A stretch of DNA of 42,846 nucleotides, taken from positions 1 through 42,846 of IMG/VR virus record IMGVR_UViG_3300037420_000764. One strand, given 5' to 3'. Below, piece after piece: positions 16,621-25,937 of the stretch; the first letter of the stretch is position 1; each line of letters opens with the position of its first letter. The translations under genes were made by a program, and so were the position numbers. The stretch comes from a virus. Taxonomy: Duplodnaviria; Caudoviricetes. The notes below the pieces were generated by a model. That model saw nothing but the letters and a program-made list of their open reading frames with translations. It was not told the DNA's origin and did not search any database.

Positions 16621-16811
16621 TGGCCTCCCGCCTAGCAACCGTTCGCACTGCGCTGGAAGTGTCTGTCGGAAATATCCGCAGCCTAGGTCCGGCGCGGGTA
16701 TTGGATGGCATTCCATACGCTCCCTACCAGCGCTGGCTTCAGCTGATCCGAGACGCGCTCGAAGAGCTCAATCGAGTTGATACTCGTCGCCGTAATGGAA
16801 GGCCCGCATAA
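16620..16811 (+). CDS. Hypothetical protein
   Basis: GGAGG RBS; coupled. Confidence 0.6.
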   Translation: MASRLATVRTALEVSVGNIRSLGPARVLDGIPYAPYQRWLQLIRDALEELNRVDTRRRNGRPA

Positions 16812-17101
16812 TGCCCCACAATCCTTCAGCAATGACGCGCGATGGCTGGAACCCTCGCCCCGTTCCTGACGGCACGAAGTTCAACGATGCCGCCTATCTG
16901 TGCGGGTACACGGACGGCTTCTTCGGTGAGGCTTTCGGCGCGCACGACAAGGGCAAGTACGGCGCTTTCTCTGCGTATCGCCCCGGCTTCTCCGATGGTC
17001 GAGCAGACGCCAAGATCAGGCCGTGTGAAGTCTGCGGAGCTCTCCCCGGTCAAGGGCACGCTTATGAACAGTGCGTCCTCGACGGGGAGGAAGGCAAATG
17101 A
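16811..17101 (+). CDS. Hypothetical protein (GY.DG repeats, CxxC)
   Basis: Coupled ORF. Confidence 0.6.
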   Translation: MPHNPSAMTRDGWNPRPVPDGTKFNDAAYLCGYTDGFFGEAFGAHDKGKYGAFSAYRPGFSDGRADAKIRPCEVCGALPGQGHAYEQCVLDGEEGK

Positions 17102-17457
17102 CCCGCCCCGCACTCACACCATGGGGCGAGGTGATCCCGCTTCACAGAGGCGTCCGCCCGATCCCTGCCGTCCACATCGCCAACCTTCACGGCGATACGG
17201 AACAGGCGGAAGCGATCACAACTATCGAACGGTCGTATCGAGAGCGCGGGAAATACTTCAGCGACGAGCAAGCAGAGATAGAGCGCAAACGGCGGAATCT
17301 TGAGAGGTTCGAGCGCCGCCACGTAATTCTCGCAGACGAACGCCGCGATCTCCGCATTATGCGCTGGCAGCGGGTTGTTCGCGCGTTTTGTCTAGCGGTT
17401 GCGGTTTTTGCGATTGTGTATTTCGGTGGGCGTGAGCTGCTGGCGGTGGTTTCGTGA
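17098..17457 (+). CDS. Hypothetical protein with C-terminal TM helix
   Basis: ATGA coupling; hydrophobic tail. Confidence 0.65.
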   Translation: MTRPALTPWGEVIPLHRGVRPIPAVHIANLHGDTEQAEAITTIERSYRERGKYFSDEQAEIERKRRNLERFERRHVILADERRDLRIMRWQRVVRAFCLAVAVFAIVYFGGRELLAVVS

Positions 17458-17663
17458 GCGCCGTTGTCGACAAACCGCATGTCGCGCGCAAGGCTGGCAA
17501 GTGCGTCAGCTGGTCCGCAGCGCAGGCAGGTAATGCGCCTGAGTGCCGCCGCATGATTGAGGTGGGCGACACCTACTTCGACGGCGATATGGATCCCTAC
17601 AAGGCTGGCGGCTTCGGCAAGGAGCGCGTCTGCGCTGAGTGCCGCAGAAAGGGCTACGCATGA
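17454..17663 (+). CDS. Small Cys-rich (zinc-finger-like) protein
   Basis: ARK..KC...C...IEVGDTY...CAEC. Confidence 0.65.
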   Translation: MSAVVDKPHVARKAGKCVSWSAAQAGNAPECRRMIEVGDTYFDGDMDPYKAGGFGKERVCAECRRKGYA

Positions 17664-17824
17664 CAGCCCCACTTCGCAAGATAACCAACCGCCGCTTCAT
17701 TGCCTACAAAGGGACGCAAATCACCCTCGAATGCGGGCACATCACGACTAGCTACAGCGGCAAGCAAAAGCAACAGAACATGCGCTGTTATCAGTGCGCC
17801 GAGCAGGCGGAGGCTCAGCAATGA
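17660..17824 (+). CDS. Small zinc-ribbon-like protein
   Basis: LECGH...RCYQC; coupled. Confidence 0.6.
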   Translation: MTAPLRKITNRRFIAYKGTQITLECGHITTSYSGKQKQQNMRCYQCAEQAEAQQ

Positions 17825-18090
17825 CCGATCGCCTCACCATAGCAGACGCCAGCAAGGTAAGCGCCGCCGACTTCGCCCGTTCGCTTGGCCTCAACATTCG
17901 TACCCCTGAGCAAAAGCAAGCCGAATGGGATGCACAAGTCAGCTGGTACATCGAGCGCATCCTTAGCGGTTGTGAGTTCGACACTTACGGCAACAACGCA
18001 GTTCGTGAGGCTCTTCGTCTCATTGCTCTCCGTGAGGGTGATGCAGAGCCCACTGGTGATCCGCTGTTGAAGCGGAGGGCGGCGGCGTGA
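17821..18090 (+). CDS. Hypothetical protein
   Basis: GGAGG RBS; coupled. Confidence 0.6.
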   Translation: MTDRLTIADASKVSAADFARSLGLNIRTPEQKQAEWDAQVSWYIERILSGCEFDTYGNNAVREALRLIALREGDAEPTGDPLLKRRAAA

Positions 18091-18215
18091 ACAGCGATTT
18101 ATCCGCCCGCATCGCTGCGGACATATCAGACTACTGTGATCTCATCGTTCGTAAGGCGGGTGAGCAACAGAGGGGCGGGCGCGAGTCCAATAAACCGCGC
18201 CCGGTGAACAAGTGA
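18087..18215 (+). CDS. 42-aa hypothetical protein
   Basis: GTGA overlaps on both sides. Confidence 0.45.
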   Translation: MNSDLSARIAADISDYCDLIVRKAGEQQRGGRESNKPRPVNK

Positions 18216-18400
18216 GCAGACTGAAAGACATTTTCATCGAGCAGCACGAGCGGCTGTTTGGCGAATATCTGGACGCCCATCCAGAAGCCAACGAGGAGGA
18301 CGCTTACGATGCGACCGGAGGCGCGGCTTACGATGCCCTCGGCGATCACTTCGCGGACATGGCCGACCATTACCGCGACTTGGCGAAGGAGGGCAAGTGA
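18212..18400 (+). CDS. Acidic 62-aa hypothetical protein
   Basis: Coupled upstream of erf. Confidence 0.65.
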   Translation: MSRLKDIFIEQHERLFGEYLDAHPEANEEDAYDATGGAAYDALGDHFADMADHYRDLAKEGK

Positions 18401-19023
18401 TGAACGCCGAAACCAAGGTGAAAGCCGTCTCTCTGTCGGCCGCTATGGCGAAAGCCTTTGCCGAGATCGAGGCTGCGACCAAGACCGCGAACAACCCGCA
18501 CTTCAAGTCGAAATATGCGGACCTTGGCGCGGTGATCGATGCGGTGAAGCCGCCGCTCATCAAATATGGGCTGTTCTTCACCCAGCGCTCGCATCCGGCA
18601 GAGAATGGGGTGAGCGTCGAGACCGTCATTCACCACGAGGGCGGCGAAGAGCTCAGCCTGGGAACACTGTTCGTGCCCGCGAACAAGCAGGACGCGCAGG
18701 GTTTCGGATCGGCGCTCACCTATGCCCGCCGCTACGGGCTTATGACAGCCTTTGGCGTTCCGGCTGAAGATGACGATGGCAATGCCGCATCTCGCTCGGC
18801 GCCCCGTTCGACGCCGCAGCAGAACGGCAATTCAATCAAGATGATCGCAGACCAAGAGCGCGATCTGATCCAAACGCTGGCGTCCGCAGCGGGCAAGAAC
18901 CTCTCAGATATTTGCGCAGCCTATCGCATCGATTCCCTCAAGCAACTGACCGCCGCCCAGGGCGAGAAGCTGATCGAACGTCTCCGCACTGACGCAAAGC
19001 CCAAGGAGCCCGTCAATGCTTGA
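18397..19023 (+). CDS. erf: ERF-family ssDNA annealing protein
   Basis: NPHFKSKYADL, QGFGSALTYARRYGL, EDDDGN motifs. Confidence 0.92.
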   Translation: MMNAETKVKAVSLSAAMAKAFAEIEAATKTANNPHFKSKYADLGAVIDAVKPPLIKYGLFFTQRSHPAENGVSVETVIHHEGGEELSLGTLFVPANKQDAQGFGSALTYARRYGLMTAFGVPAEDDDGNAASRSAPRSTPQQNGNSIKMIADQERDLIQTLASAAGKNLSDICAAYRIDSLKQLTAAQGEKLIERLRTDAKPKEPVNA

Positions 19024-19645
19024 GCAACGAACACCCGAATGGTTCAAGGCGCGGCTAGGCCGTCTCACCGCATCCCGTGTCTCGGATATGATGGCAACGA
19101 CACGAAACGGATGGGGAGCAAGCCGCGCCAACTATGCATGGGAACTGGCGATTGAGCGCCTGACGGGAGAGGCAGCGCCGTCATTCTGCTCGCCGGCCAT
19201 GCAATGGGGAATCGACCGCGAGGACGAAGCGCGAGCCGCCTACCAGATCCACAAGCTCTGCACGGTTGAGGAGGTCGGCTTCCTCGAACACCCAACTCTG
19301 TTCGCTGGAGCCTCGCCTGACGGCCTGATCGACGCTGACGGAATGCTGGAGATCAAGTGTCCCAATCCATCAACGCACGGCGAAACACTGCTCACCGGCA
19401 GGATCGACGACAAATACCACAAGCAGATGCAGTTCCAGCTTGCGTGTTCAGGGCGCGCTTGGTGCGACTTCGTCAGCTTCGATCCCCGGTTTCCCGAGCC
19501 GATGCGGCTCTGGGTTAAGCGCGTTTATCGCGACGAAGATGCAATCAAGGAAATCGAGGAAGCCGCTGCCGCGTTTCTCACCGAAGTCGACGAGACTGTA
19601 GCGAGGCTGCGCGAGCGCTACGCTGTCGAACTGGAAGCGGCATGA
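19016..19645 (+). CDS. Lambda-exonuclease (YqaJ) family protein
   Basis: EQRTPEWFKARLGRLTAS, GASPDGL, LEIKCP, QMQFQL. Confidence 0.92.
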   Translation: MLEQRTPEWFKARLGRLTASRVSDMMATTRNGWGASRANYAWELAIERLTGEAAPSFCSPAMQWGIDREDEARAAYQIHKLCTVEEVGFLEHPTLFAGASPDGLIDADGMLEIKCPNPSTHGETLLTGRIDDKYHKQMQFQLACSGRAWCDFVSFDPRFPEPMRLWVKRVYRDEDAIKEIEEAAAAFLTEVDETVARLRERYAVELEAA

Positions 19646-19809
19646 GAGAGTTCGCAGAACCTCTGAAGCGCCGCATCTACCGCGCCAAGTGGATTGCCGA
19701 GCGCTATCGCAACGATCCCGATTTTCGCCTGTCTGAAATAAATCGCAAGCGCGCCTACTATGGCAGACCGCCATGCTCCAGCCTCGATGAAGTTCGGGGG
19801 AGGATCTAG
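19642..19809 (+). CDS. 55-aa basic hypothetical protein
   Basis: Hand-translated; ATGA coupling. Confidence 0.5.
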   Translation: MREFAEPLKRRIYRAKWIAERYRNDPDFRLSEINRKRAYYGRPPCSSLDEVRGRI

Positions 19810-19811
19810 CG

Positions 19812-20177
19812 GTGAGAGTGAACACAGCTCCACGGCGGAAGAACTCGCACCGCGCCGACGAAACGAAACGCTGCCCAGCCTTCCTACAATGGTTGCGGGG
19901 GCGACAGTGCGCTTGGAGCGGATGCGGAAGCTGTGGCGGAAAGATCATCGCCCAGCATCTGGACTTTGCTGGTGATAAGGGAACCGCGACCAAGGTTAGC
20001 GACCGTTACTGCCTGCCGTGCTGTGTGGTGCATCATCAATGGCAGCATGACTTTGGCTGGAACTCGTTCCTCTCGAGGCAGCACGCGACCAAGGAAATGG
20101 CCCTCAATGCAGCGGGGAGACTGTGGGCCGCATGGCCTGGCCGCATCGCTTGGGAAAGGAAGCTCAACGATGGCTGA
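19812..20177 (+). CDS. DUF968-like putative HNH nuclease
   Basis: FLQWLRGRQC...H...KVSDRYCLPCC..HH..QH. Confidence 0.75.
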   Translation: MRVNTAPRRKNSHRADETKRCPAFLQWLRGRQCAWSGCGSCGGKIIAQHLDFAGDKGTATKVSDRYCLPCCVVHHQWQHDFGWNSFLSRQHATKEMALNAAGRLWAAWPGRIAWERKLNDG

Positions 20178-20775
20178 CGCATACCACCAGTTCTGGGACG
20201 CCAGTAAAGAATGCCAATCGTGTGGCCGAACATTCCATCGCCGCGACAAGCCTGGAGTTTCGTATCGGCGCTTCACCGAAGACACTAAGTTCTGCTCTAA
20301 GCGCTGCGCTTACGCCGCATTCGCTGGCGATAGGGACGCCCGCTTTTGGGCCAACGTGGCGAAGTCCGGGCCAAACGAATGTTGGGAATGGCAAGGGTCG
20401 ATCGATCCGGGCGGGTATGGAGTCCACTGGTTTGCGGGCGGCTACATTCGCGCGCACCGCCTCACAATGGAGATCGATGGTCGTTCTATCGAGCCAGGAC
20501 AATTCGCTCTTCATTCGTGTGACAACCGACGCTGCGTGAACCCGGCGCACCTTCGGGCAGGATCACATGCCGACAACGCCCGTGATCGTGTCGTGCGTGG
20601 GCGCAGTCGCCACAATATCGGGCAGGATAATCACAGTGCCAAACTGACCGATGCGGCTGTGCGCATCATCCGGTCTTCGCAGCTTTCGACTCGCGCTCTC
20701 GCGCAAAGGTTCGGCGTCCTAGAGCCGTGCGTTCGGAATGTGCGCAAGGGCAAGACTTGGAGGCACGTTGTATGA
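20170..20775 (+). CDS. HNH endonuclease with N-terminal Zn finger and C-terminal HTH
   Basis: CWEWQG..GYG..AHR..HSCDNRRCVNPAHL...N; AKLTD...W.HV. Confidence 0.9.
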   Translation: MADAYHQFWDASKECQSCGRTFHRRDKPGVSYRRFTEDTKFCSKRCAYAAFAGDRDARFWANVAKSGPNECWEWQGSIDPGGYGVHWFAGGYIRAHRLTMEIDGRSIEPGQFALHSCDNRRCVNPAHLRAGSHADNARDRVVRGRSRHNIGQDNHSAKLTDAAVRIIRSSQLSTRALAQRFGVLEPCVRNVRKGKTWRHVV

Positions 20776-21197
20776 GCGAAGAGGCACCTTTATTTTTCGT
20801 CCGGAAGCTTGGCGGACTCTTCCCCGCCTGTCCTGCGGCCGAGAAGGCCCTTGCCGCGGTCAACGGGCGCGTTCGGGTCAAGATCACCCGCACCCAAGGG
20901 AATAACAAACGGATAGCGCTCTACTGGATCGTCTTGGGCCTCGCGGCTCCGATGCTCGACGAACAGGCACCCGGCCTCACGGACTCGCTCCTGCATAAGG
21001 TGCTGAAGGACCGCTACGGATTGGTCAAGGTCGTGAAGCTCCCGAGCGGTCAGGAGATCAAGGATTACGACAGTATCTCGTTCCACCAGATGACCGAGAA
21101 CGAGAGGGCGGCTTACATCGATTGGTCGTTCACTACGCTGAGCAAATGGCTGGGCGTGAGTGTCGAGGAACTGACCAAAGAAGCGAGGGCAGCATGA
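20772..21197 (+). CDS. DUF1367/NinB-like protein
   Basis: LH..LK...G and SISFHQMTENER..Y motifs. Confidence 0.6.
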   Translation: MSEEAPLFFVRKLGGLFPACPAAEKALAAVNGRVRVKITRTQGNNKRIALYWIVLGLAAPMLDEQAPGLTDSLLHKVLKDRYGLVKVVKLPSGQEIKDYDSISFHQMTENERAAYIDWSFTTLSKWLGVSVEELTKEARAA

Positions 21198-21511
21198 ACG
21201 ATCTAAAAACACTGGAACGCAAGACGGCAAACGAACTCGCGTCGTCGCTCGTGTATGAACCAAGGGCGTGGTCGTGGCGAGATGCCGAGTGCGACGTGCT
21301 CAAGGGTCCTAACGGCATCAGTATGAGCGCTTCGTACCTCACCATTTACGCACCAGTCGTTCTGAGGTTCGGGTTCTGGAACAAGCGGCGCATCCGGCGG
21401 GCGCTCAAGAGATGGAAACGCGACACCGGGAATCATCTAGCTGAGAAAGAACGCCGACAAGCCCTGCTGCTGATTTCGCGATGCCTTGTCGAACTGCGAG
21501 CAGTCGCATGA
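21194..21511 (+). CDS. Hypothetical protein
   Basis: ATGA coupling. Confidence 0.6.
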   Translation: MNDLKTLERKTANELASSLVYEPRAWSWRDAECDVLKGPNGISMSASYLTIYAPVVLRFGFWNKRRIRRALKRWKRDTGNHLAEKERRQALLLISRCLVELRAVA

Positions 21512-21705
21512 CCGCCAAGCTCCGCGTCGTCGGAAACACCGACACAGCACTACGCAATCTACTGCGCGATCTCGAATCTGCGGAGCGCGAAGTCGCAGCG
21601 ATTCACCAGCAGATGCTGGCATATCGCCGGAGCTATGCGCGGGAGAGGGGTGAATTTTTATTGCCCAGCCTAGAGCGGCTGCGGCGGGAGCTCCTAGGAG
21701 AATGA
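21508..21705 (+). CDS. Hypothetical protein
   Basis: ATGA coupling. Confidence 0.6.
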   Translation: MTAKLRVVGNTDTALRNLLRDLESAEREVAAIHQQMLAYRRSYARERGEFLLPSLERLRRELLGE

Positions 21706-22016
21706 CCGCAGCTCGACCCTTCTCGCCTGAGACTCTGGCCGACCGCTGGGCTTGCTCTGCGGAGAAGGTTCGGCAAATGTGCCGGCGCGGGGATCTCAGC
21801 TACTTCCGCCTCGGCAAGCTGATTCGCATTCCCGCTAATGAGGTAGATCGGGTCGAATGCCAGAATACCGCCTCGTGTGGCATCGAGAGCAATGGAGCCT
21901 TGCATACGGGCGACCACGCATTCGAGTTGCGACTGGAACGGCTGACAGAGGACTCGCCGAAGCTCGCGCTAGTGCGATCTGGCGCACACTCGCCAAGCCA
22001 AAGTCGGAACGGGTAG
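21702..22016 (+). CDS. xis: Excisionase (HTH_17-like)
   Basis: FSPETLADRW.CS..VRQMC..G.L..FRLGKLIRIP; overlaps the int start. Confidence 0.8.
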   Translation: MTAARPFSPETLADRWACSAEKVRQMCRRGDLSYFRLGKLIRIPANEVDRVECQNTASCGIESNGALHTGDHAFELRLERLTEDSPKLALVRSGAHSPSQSRNG

Positions 22017-22819
22017 CGGATCTGTGGGATCCCTACGTCACCGACCGCGCCGACACGCCAGCTGCGAAAGGGCGCATGGCTTCCCTGTGGAAAACGCTGG
22101 AGCCGTCATTCGGGTACAAGCTCGGCAAAGCGATCACCAAGCAGGACTGCCGCGACTATGCGGCGAGGCGGAAGCGGGCGGGGAAATCGAACAGCACGGT
22201 AAAGACCGAACTGGAAGCCCTCAGAGCGTGCCTACGGTGGCACTACGGCAAGGAGGCTCCGGTTATCGTCGCCCCGCCCCCGTCGAAGCCCAGGGACCGC
22301 TATTTGACGCAGGACGAGGCACGGAGGCTATTGGCCGCGATAGACACGCCGCACGTTCGGCTGTTCGTCACGCTGGCTCTGGCGACCGGAGCGCGAATGG
22401 GAGCTATTCTGGACCTGACATGGGACCGGGTGGACTTCGAGCACGGAACGATCGACTTCATGCCCGCCGGCCGCGACAAGACGAACAAGCGGCGGACGGT
22501 GGTGGCAATGGCACCCAAAGCGCGCGAGGCTCTGAAAGAGGCTTACGAAGGCCGCCTGTCGGATCATGTGATCGAGTATGGGGGAAAGCCGGTGGCGAGC
22601 GTCAAGAAGGCCATCGCAGCCGCAGCGAGGCGGGCCAAGGTGCCGTGCTCGCCCCACGTGTTCCGGCATACCGCAGCCGTGTGGATGGCTCAGGCGGACG
22701 TGCCGATGCAGAAGATTGCCCAGGTGCTCGGGCATACCTCAACGCGGGTGACGGAGACCGTGTACGCTCGCTATTCACCCCGGTTCATGGCCGACGCAAT
22801 GGCCGCTTTGGACTGGTAG
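21857..22819 (+). CDS. int: Tyrosine integrase
   Basis: TGAR, HVFRHT, LGH, YARY catalytic motifs. Confidence 0.93.
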   Translation: MPEYRLVWHREQWSLAYGRPRIRVATGTADRGLAEARASAIWRTLAKPKSERVADLWDPYVTDRADTPAAKGRMASLWKTLEPSFGYKLGKAITKQDCRDYAARRKRAGKSNSTVKTELEALRACLRWHYGKEAPVIVAPPPSKPRDRYLTQDEARRLLAAIDTPHVRLFVTLALATGARMGAILDLTWDRVDFEHGTIDFMPAGRDKTNKRRTVVAMAPKAREALKEAYEGRLSDHVIEYGGKPVASVKKAIAAAARRAKVPCSPHVFRHTAAVWMAQADVPMQKIAQVLGHTSTRVTETVYARYSPRFMADAMAALDW

Positions 22820-22858
22820 CCGGTTCAAAGGAACCGACCAACGCTTTCGGAAAACTGC

Positions 22859-22904
22859 GGTGGGCGGTGACGGGCTCGAACCGCCGACCCTCTCGGTGTA
22901 AACG
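22859..22904 (-). mobile_element. attP core = 3' half of tRNA-Val(TAC)
   Basis: Reverse complement CGTTTACACCGAGAGGGTCGGCGGTTCGAGCCCGTCACCGCCCACC contains the anticodon loop, T-arm and acceptor strand; 40 bp after int. Confidence 0.88.
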
Positions 22905-22997
22905 CGAGCGACCCGCGCCAAACTGCCGTTTTCTCTCAAACGAAGCGCAGTATTTCGCCAATTTGTGCGGCTTTCGTTCGCTTGGCGTTCCCATGGA

Positions 22998-23006
22998 TGG
23001 TACAAT
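22998..23006 (+). promoter_or_regulatory. Possible extended -10 promoter right of attP
   Basis: TGGTACAAT; no clear -35; overlaps a possible integrase arm site. Confidence 0.3.
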
Positions 23007-23038
23007 CGGAACCACCCGAACCTCTCGGAAGAACGCTC

Positions 23039-23344
23039 ATGTTTAATCGCATCCGGGGCACTGGCCTGCCAGAACAAATCGAGTGCCGAATCCACCTAGA
23101 CGAAGGTGGCTGTTGGATCTGGCGCGGCGCTCGCCAAAAGTTCGGCTACGGCAACGTCAAGGTGAATAAGCGGTTCTGGCGCGTCCACCGTTTCGCATAT
23201 GAGATGCTGCGCGGGCCGATTCCTCAGGGGCTAGTGCTTCATCACACCTGCGGCAACAAACCGTGCTGTAATCCCGATCATGTGGTGCCGGTCACCCAGC
23301 GCGAGAATATCCGTCGGGCATGGCTCGACATGGAGGCTGCGTGA
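23039..23344 (+). CDS. HNH endonuclease
   Basis: CWIWRG..GYG..VHRFAYE...HHTCGNKPCCNPDH...EN. Confidence 0.88.
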   Translation: MFNRIRGTGLPEQIECRIHLDEGGCWIWRGARQKFGYGNVKVNKRFWRVHRFAYEMLRGPIPQGLVLHHTCGNKPCCNPDHVVPVTQRENIRRAWLDMEAA

Positions 23345-23511
23345 CCGAGTATCAGCGCTCAGTTTTAGAGGCTCGCGAACGGGGATTGCAGCACAAGCAG
23401 ATTGCGCGCGTTCTTGGAACTTCGCCTGCTGGTGTTCGCAGTACGCTCCGCAAGCTCAGGGATCGCGGCCTAGACCCTACGCCCGTGCAATGGCCGGTGC
23501 CGCACCCATGA
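23341..23511 (+). CDS. Small HTH protein
   Basis: GLQHKQIARVLGTSPAGVRSTL. Confidence 0.65.
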   Translation: MTEYQRSVLEARERGLQHKQIARVLGTSPAGVRSTLRKLRDRGLDPTPVQWPVPHP

Positions 23512-24251
23512 CAATCAAACACTACGGCACGCCGATCACGCCTAAGCCTTTGATGATTGAGGCAATGGGCGGCGCAAGTTTCTGCGTCCAGTGGAAAGCC
23601 CCCGCGCAAGTCGAGCTCTGCCATCAAATTGGCGAGACGGTCATGCTCGACTGCTCAGCCTATAACGCATGGACATCAGGCGAGCCGATTGAGGATTGGG
23701 GTCCCTATTACGACTGGGTCGAGCCGTGGATTCAATATCCGACGACCTGGGCCGTCATTCCAGATGTTATAACCGGAGACGAGCACGACAACGACTTGCT
23801 CATCAGAGCTTGGCCCTATCGCCGTGAGAACGCCGCTCCAGTTTGGCACATGCATGAAAAGCCGAGACGGCTGCTAGAACTGATTTGCGCCTTCCCCAAT
23901 CTCGTTTGCATCGGATCTTCAGGCCAATACGCAGAGGTCATGTCAGAACCATGGCAGCGGCGAATGGATGAGGCGTGCCGAGAGATCGAGAGGTTCTTCG
24001 GACGCACCCCGCCACTTCACATGATGAGAGGCTTTCAGTGCCTCGGAAAGCGCTGGCCGTTCGCCCGTGTCGATTCGACGGACTTGGCGCGGAATCACAA
24101 TCGAAAACACGGACCAAAGCCCACCCTTTGGGAAGAGGAACAGGCCCCAAATCGCGCGCTGGCGGTGAAGGCAATGCGGGAGCGCTGGGATCCCGTGAAT
24201 TGCCCGCCGCGCTTTATTGACCCCGGCGAACAACTGGAGATTGCAGCATGA
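23508..24251 (+). CDS. TGT/DpdA-like (tRNA-guanine transglycosylase fold) phage protein
   Basis: HYGTPITP, MLDCSAY, IPDVI, PVWH, IGSSG, LHMM, VDST motif order recalled from this phage family. Confidence 0.6.
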   Translation: MTIKHYGTPITPKPLMIEAMGGASFCVQWKAPAQVELCHQIGETVMLDCSAYNAWTSGEPIEDWGPYYDWVEPWIQYPTTWAVIPDVITGDEHDNDLLIRAWPYRRENAAPVWHMHEKPRRLLELICAFPNLVCIGSSGQYAEVMSEPWQRRMDEACREIERFFGRTPPLHMMRGFQCLGKRWPFARVDSTDLARNHNRKHGPKPTLWEEEQAPNRALAVKAMRERWDPVNCPPRFIDPGEQLEIAA

Positions 24252-24499
24252 CCACAGAGACAATCACACGATCAAACGCTGGCGGTTTTGAGGATCGCTT
24301 TCGCGTCACCCGTGTGGACGGTCAGCCGATCAGTGCAGATCGGCGCTACATCATCCTCGCCTATGACGGCAGCGACCCTGAGGCACTTCAGGCGCTTTAC
24401 ACCTATGCGGACCTGAAGGCCGAGAAGAACCCTCAGCTCGCCGCCGACATCAAGGAAGCGCTGGTCAACCCGACGAAATATCCGGCGCAGCATGACTGA
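24248..24499 (+). CDS. Hypothetical protein
   Basis: DP.A..AL..YA...NPQLAADI motif; coupled. Confidence 0.7.
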   Translation: MTTETITRSNAGGFEDRFRVTRVDGQPISADRRYIILAYDGSDPEALQALYTYADLKAEKNPQLAADIKEALVNPTKYPAQHD

Positions 24500-24758
24500 A
24501 AATACGCGCCATACGGACATGGTAGAGCGGATTGCGCGTGCAATTCACGGGAGCATTTGGTGCGATCCGTGGCCTAATAGCGAAGTCGAAGCCGCGCAGT
24601 ACCGCCAAGCCGCCGAAACCGCCCTCGAAGCCTCTCATCATGCAGAGCTTGTGGCGGCGCTGAAGGCTGTTCGTTTGCAGCTTTGGAGAGAGGGTGTCGC
24701 GATTGAGTCGCAAATGCTTATCGACGCCCTTCTCACCAAGATCGGCGGTGAGGCATGA
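24492..24758 (+). CDS. Hypothetical protein
   Basis: MVERIARAI...A..ALEA pattern common in phage accessory ORFs. Confidence 0.65.
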   Translation: MTENTRHTDMVERIARAIHGSIWCDPWPNSEVEAAQYRQAAETALEASHHAELVAALKAVRLQLWREGVAIESQMLIDALLTKIGGEA

Positions 24759-24961
24759 GATCAGACAGATTCATGCCGCTGATAAAGACCGATTGGCACA
24801 GCGAGTGCGAGAAACGTGATCGTAGGATCGAAGAGCTTGTAAGGGCTCTGCGAGGCGTCACTCTCATTGCGACGTGTAAGGTCGATCCAGGCTGCGACGA
24901 GGACATCGCAACGGTCATGAGTGCCCGCGCCCTCCTCGCCAAGCTCGAAGGTGACGCATGA
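24755..24961 (+). CDS. Hypothetical protein
   Basis: ATGA coupling. Confidence 0.6.
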   Translation: MRSDRFMPLIKTDWHSECEKRDRRIEELVRALRGVTLIATCKVDPGCDEDIATVMSARALLAKLEGDA

Positions 24962-25617
24962 CAGGTGAAGATGGAGAAGTGATGAATGGCATGCATTTTC
25001 GCGGCCATTACATTCCTGAATGGCAGATGGGCGGTCCTGATCTGCTCGGCGAGATGGAATACTCAGCGGTATTCGACGGACCAGATAACGAGCACCGCCT
25101 TGAACTGCGGCGAGTTTGGGATCGAGCAAAGCCGTTGTTGGTCGTTTGCATGACCAACCCATCGCGGGCAAGCCACCTTGTCAACGATCCTACGGTTCTG
25201 GCTCTGATCTGGTTCGGCACGCAATGGGGATATGGCGGGCTGCTGATCGTGAACGGCGCTACGTGGCGCTCGGCATCCCCTGATGAAATGCGCGCAGCTC
25301 CCGAGCCTGAGAGCGGCCTAAATTGGTGGCATCTCCAATATGCCGTGAACTATGCCCACGCCAATGGTGGACGCGCACTAGTCGCCTGGGGCAATGACGG
25401 GGCCGACCTTGAAGGATGTAGGGAATTTGCTCGCCGTGCCCTGAACTTCGGCGTCGAGCTTGTCTGCCTTGGTACGACCAATGACGGACACCCGAAACAT
25501 CCTATGGCGCGCGGTAAACACCGCATTCCACGCGACCAGCCGCCAATCATATGGCAAGCCCAAGAACTCGCCCGCGCCGCCCTTTCCCCGAAAAGCGAGA
25601 AGAAAGACAATGCGTAG
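24958..25617 (+). CDS. DUF1643 family protein
   Basis: R..LRRVW...CMTNPSRA...DPT...WGYGG..VN...VAWG...LGTT..GHPKHP. Confidence 0.8.
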   Translation: MTGEDGEVMNGMHFRGHYIPEWQMGGPDLLGEMEYSAVFDGPDNEHRLELRRVWDRAKPLLVVCMTNPSRASHLVNDPTVLALIWFGTQWGYGGLLIVNGATWRSASPDEMRAAPEPESGLNWWHLQYAVNYAHANGGRALVAWGNDGADLEGCREFARRALNFGVELVCLGTTNDGHPKHPMARGKHRIPRDQPPIIWQAQELARAALSPKSEKKDNA

Positions 25618-25804
25618 CGATTTCTACAGCCTTCCGTGGGCAGCTCAACAAGCAATCCGCCGTGGCGAACGCGATGCCGACATAGCAAGGTTTCGTGCGC
25701 GCTCGATGAGCGAGCTGCAAGCCAAGGTGGGGGAGCTTGAAAAGCTGCTAGCCGAGGCAAATGCAACAATCTCCGCACTCAGAAGCGAGAAGCATGATGG
25801 ATAA
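25610..25804 (+). CDS. Coiled-coil hypothetical protein
   Basis: Overlapping ORF in the operon. Confidence 0.55.
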   Translation: MRSDFYSLPWAAQQAIRRGERDADIARFRARSMSELQAKVGELEKLLAEANATISALRSEKHDG

Positions 25805-25937
25805 GTTGGAGCTTGCTGAGCGGTGCCCCGGATGCGGCGGGAAGCCACTCCGCGTTCTCGGACGCTTGCCGTTGATGTGTCACAAGCATCCGTGTCCGAC
25901 CTACGCCGCCGCCCTAAGAGCAGGAGGAAAGTCGTGA
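25797..25937 (+). CDS. 46-aa Cys-rich protein (CPGCGG...C...C)
   Basis: Hand-translated; coupled. Confidence 0.45.
   Translation: MDKLELAERCPGCGGKPLRVLGRLPLMCHKHPCPTYAAALRAGGKS

Noticed and set aside
22859-22904. tRNA-Val gene
   Set aside because: Only the anticodon loop to 3' end is present, with no D-arm or 5' acceptor strand; it is an attP core.
22990-23035. Alphaproteobacterial LexA box (GAAC-N7-GAAC)
   Set aside because: The GAAC units are spaced 5 and 9 nt apart, not 7.
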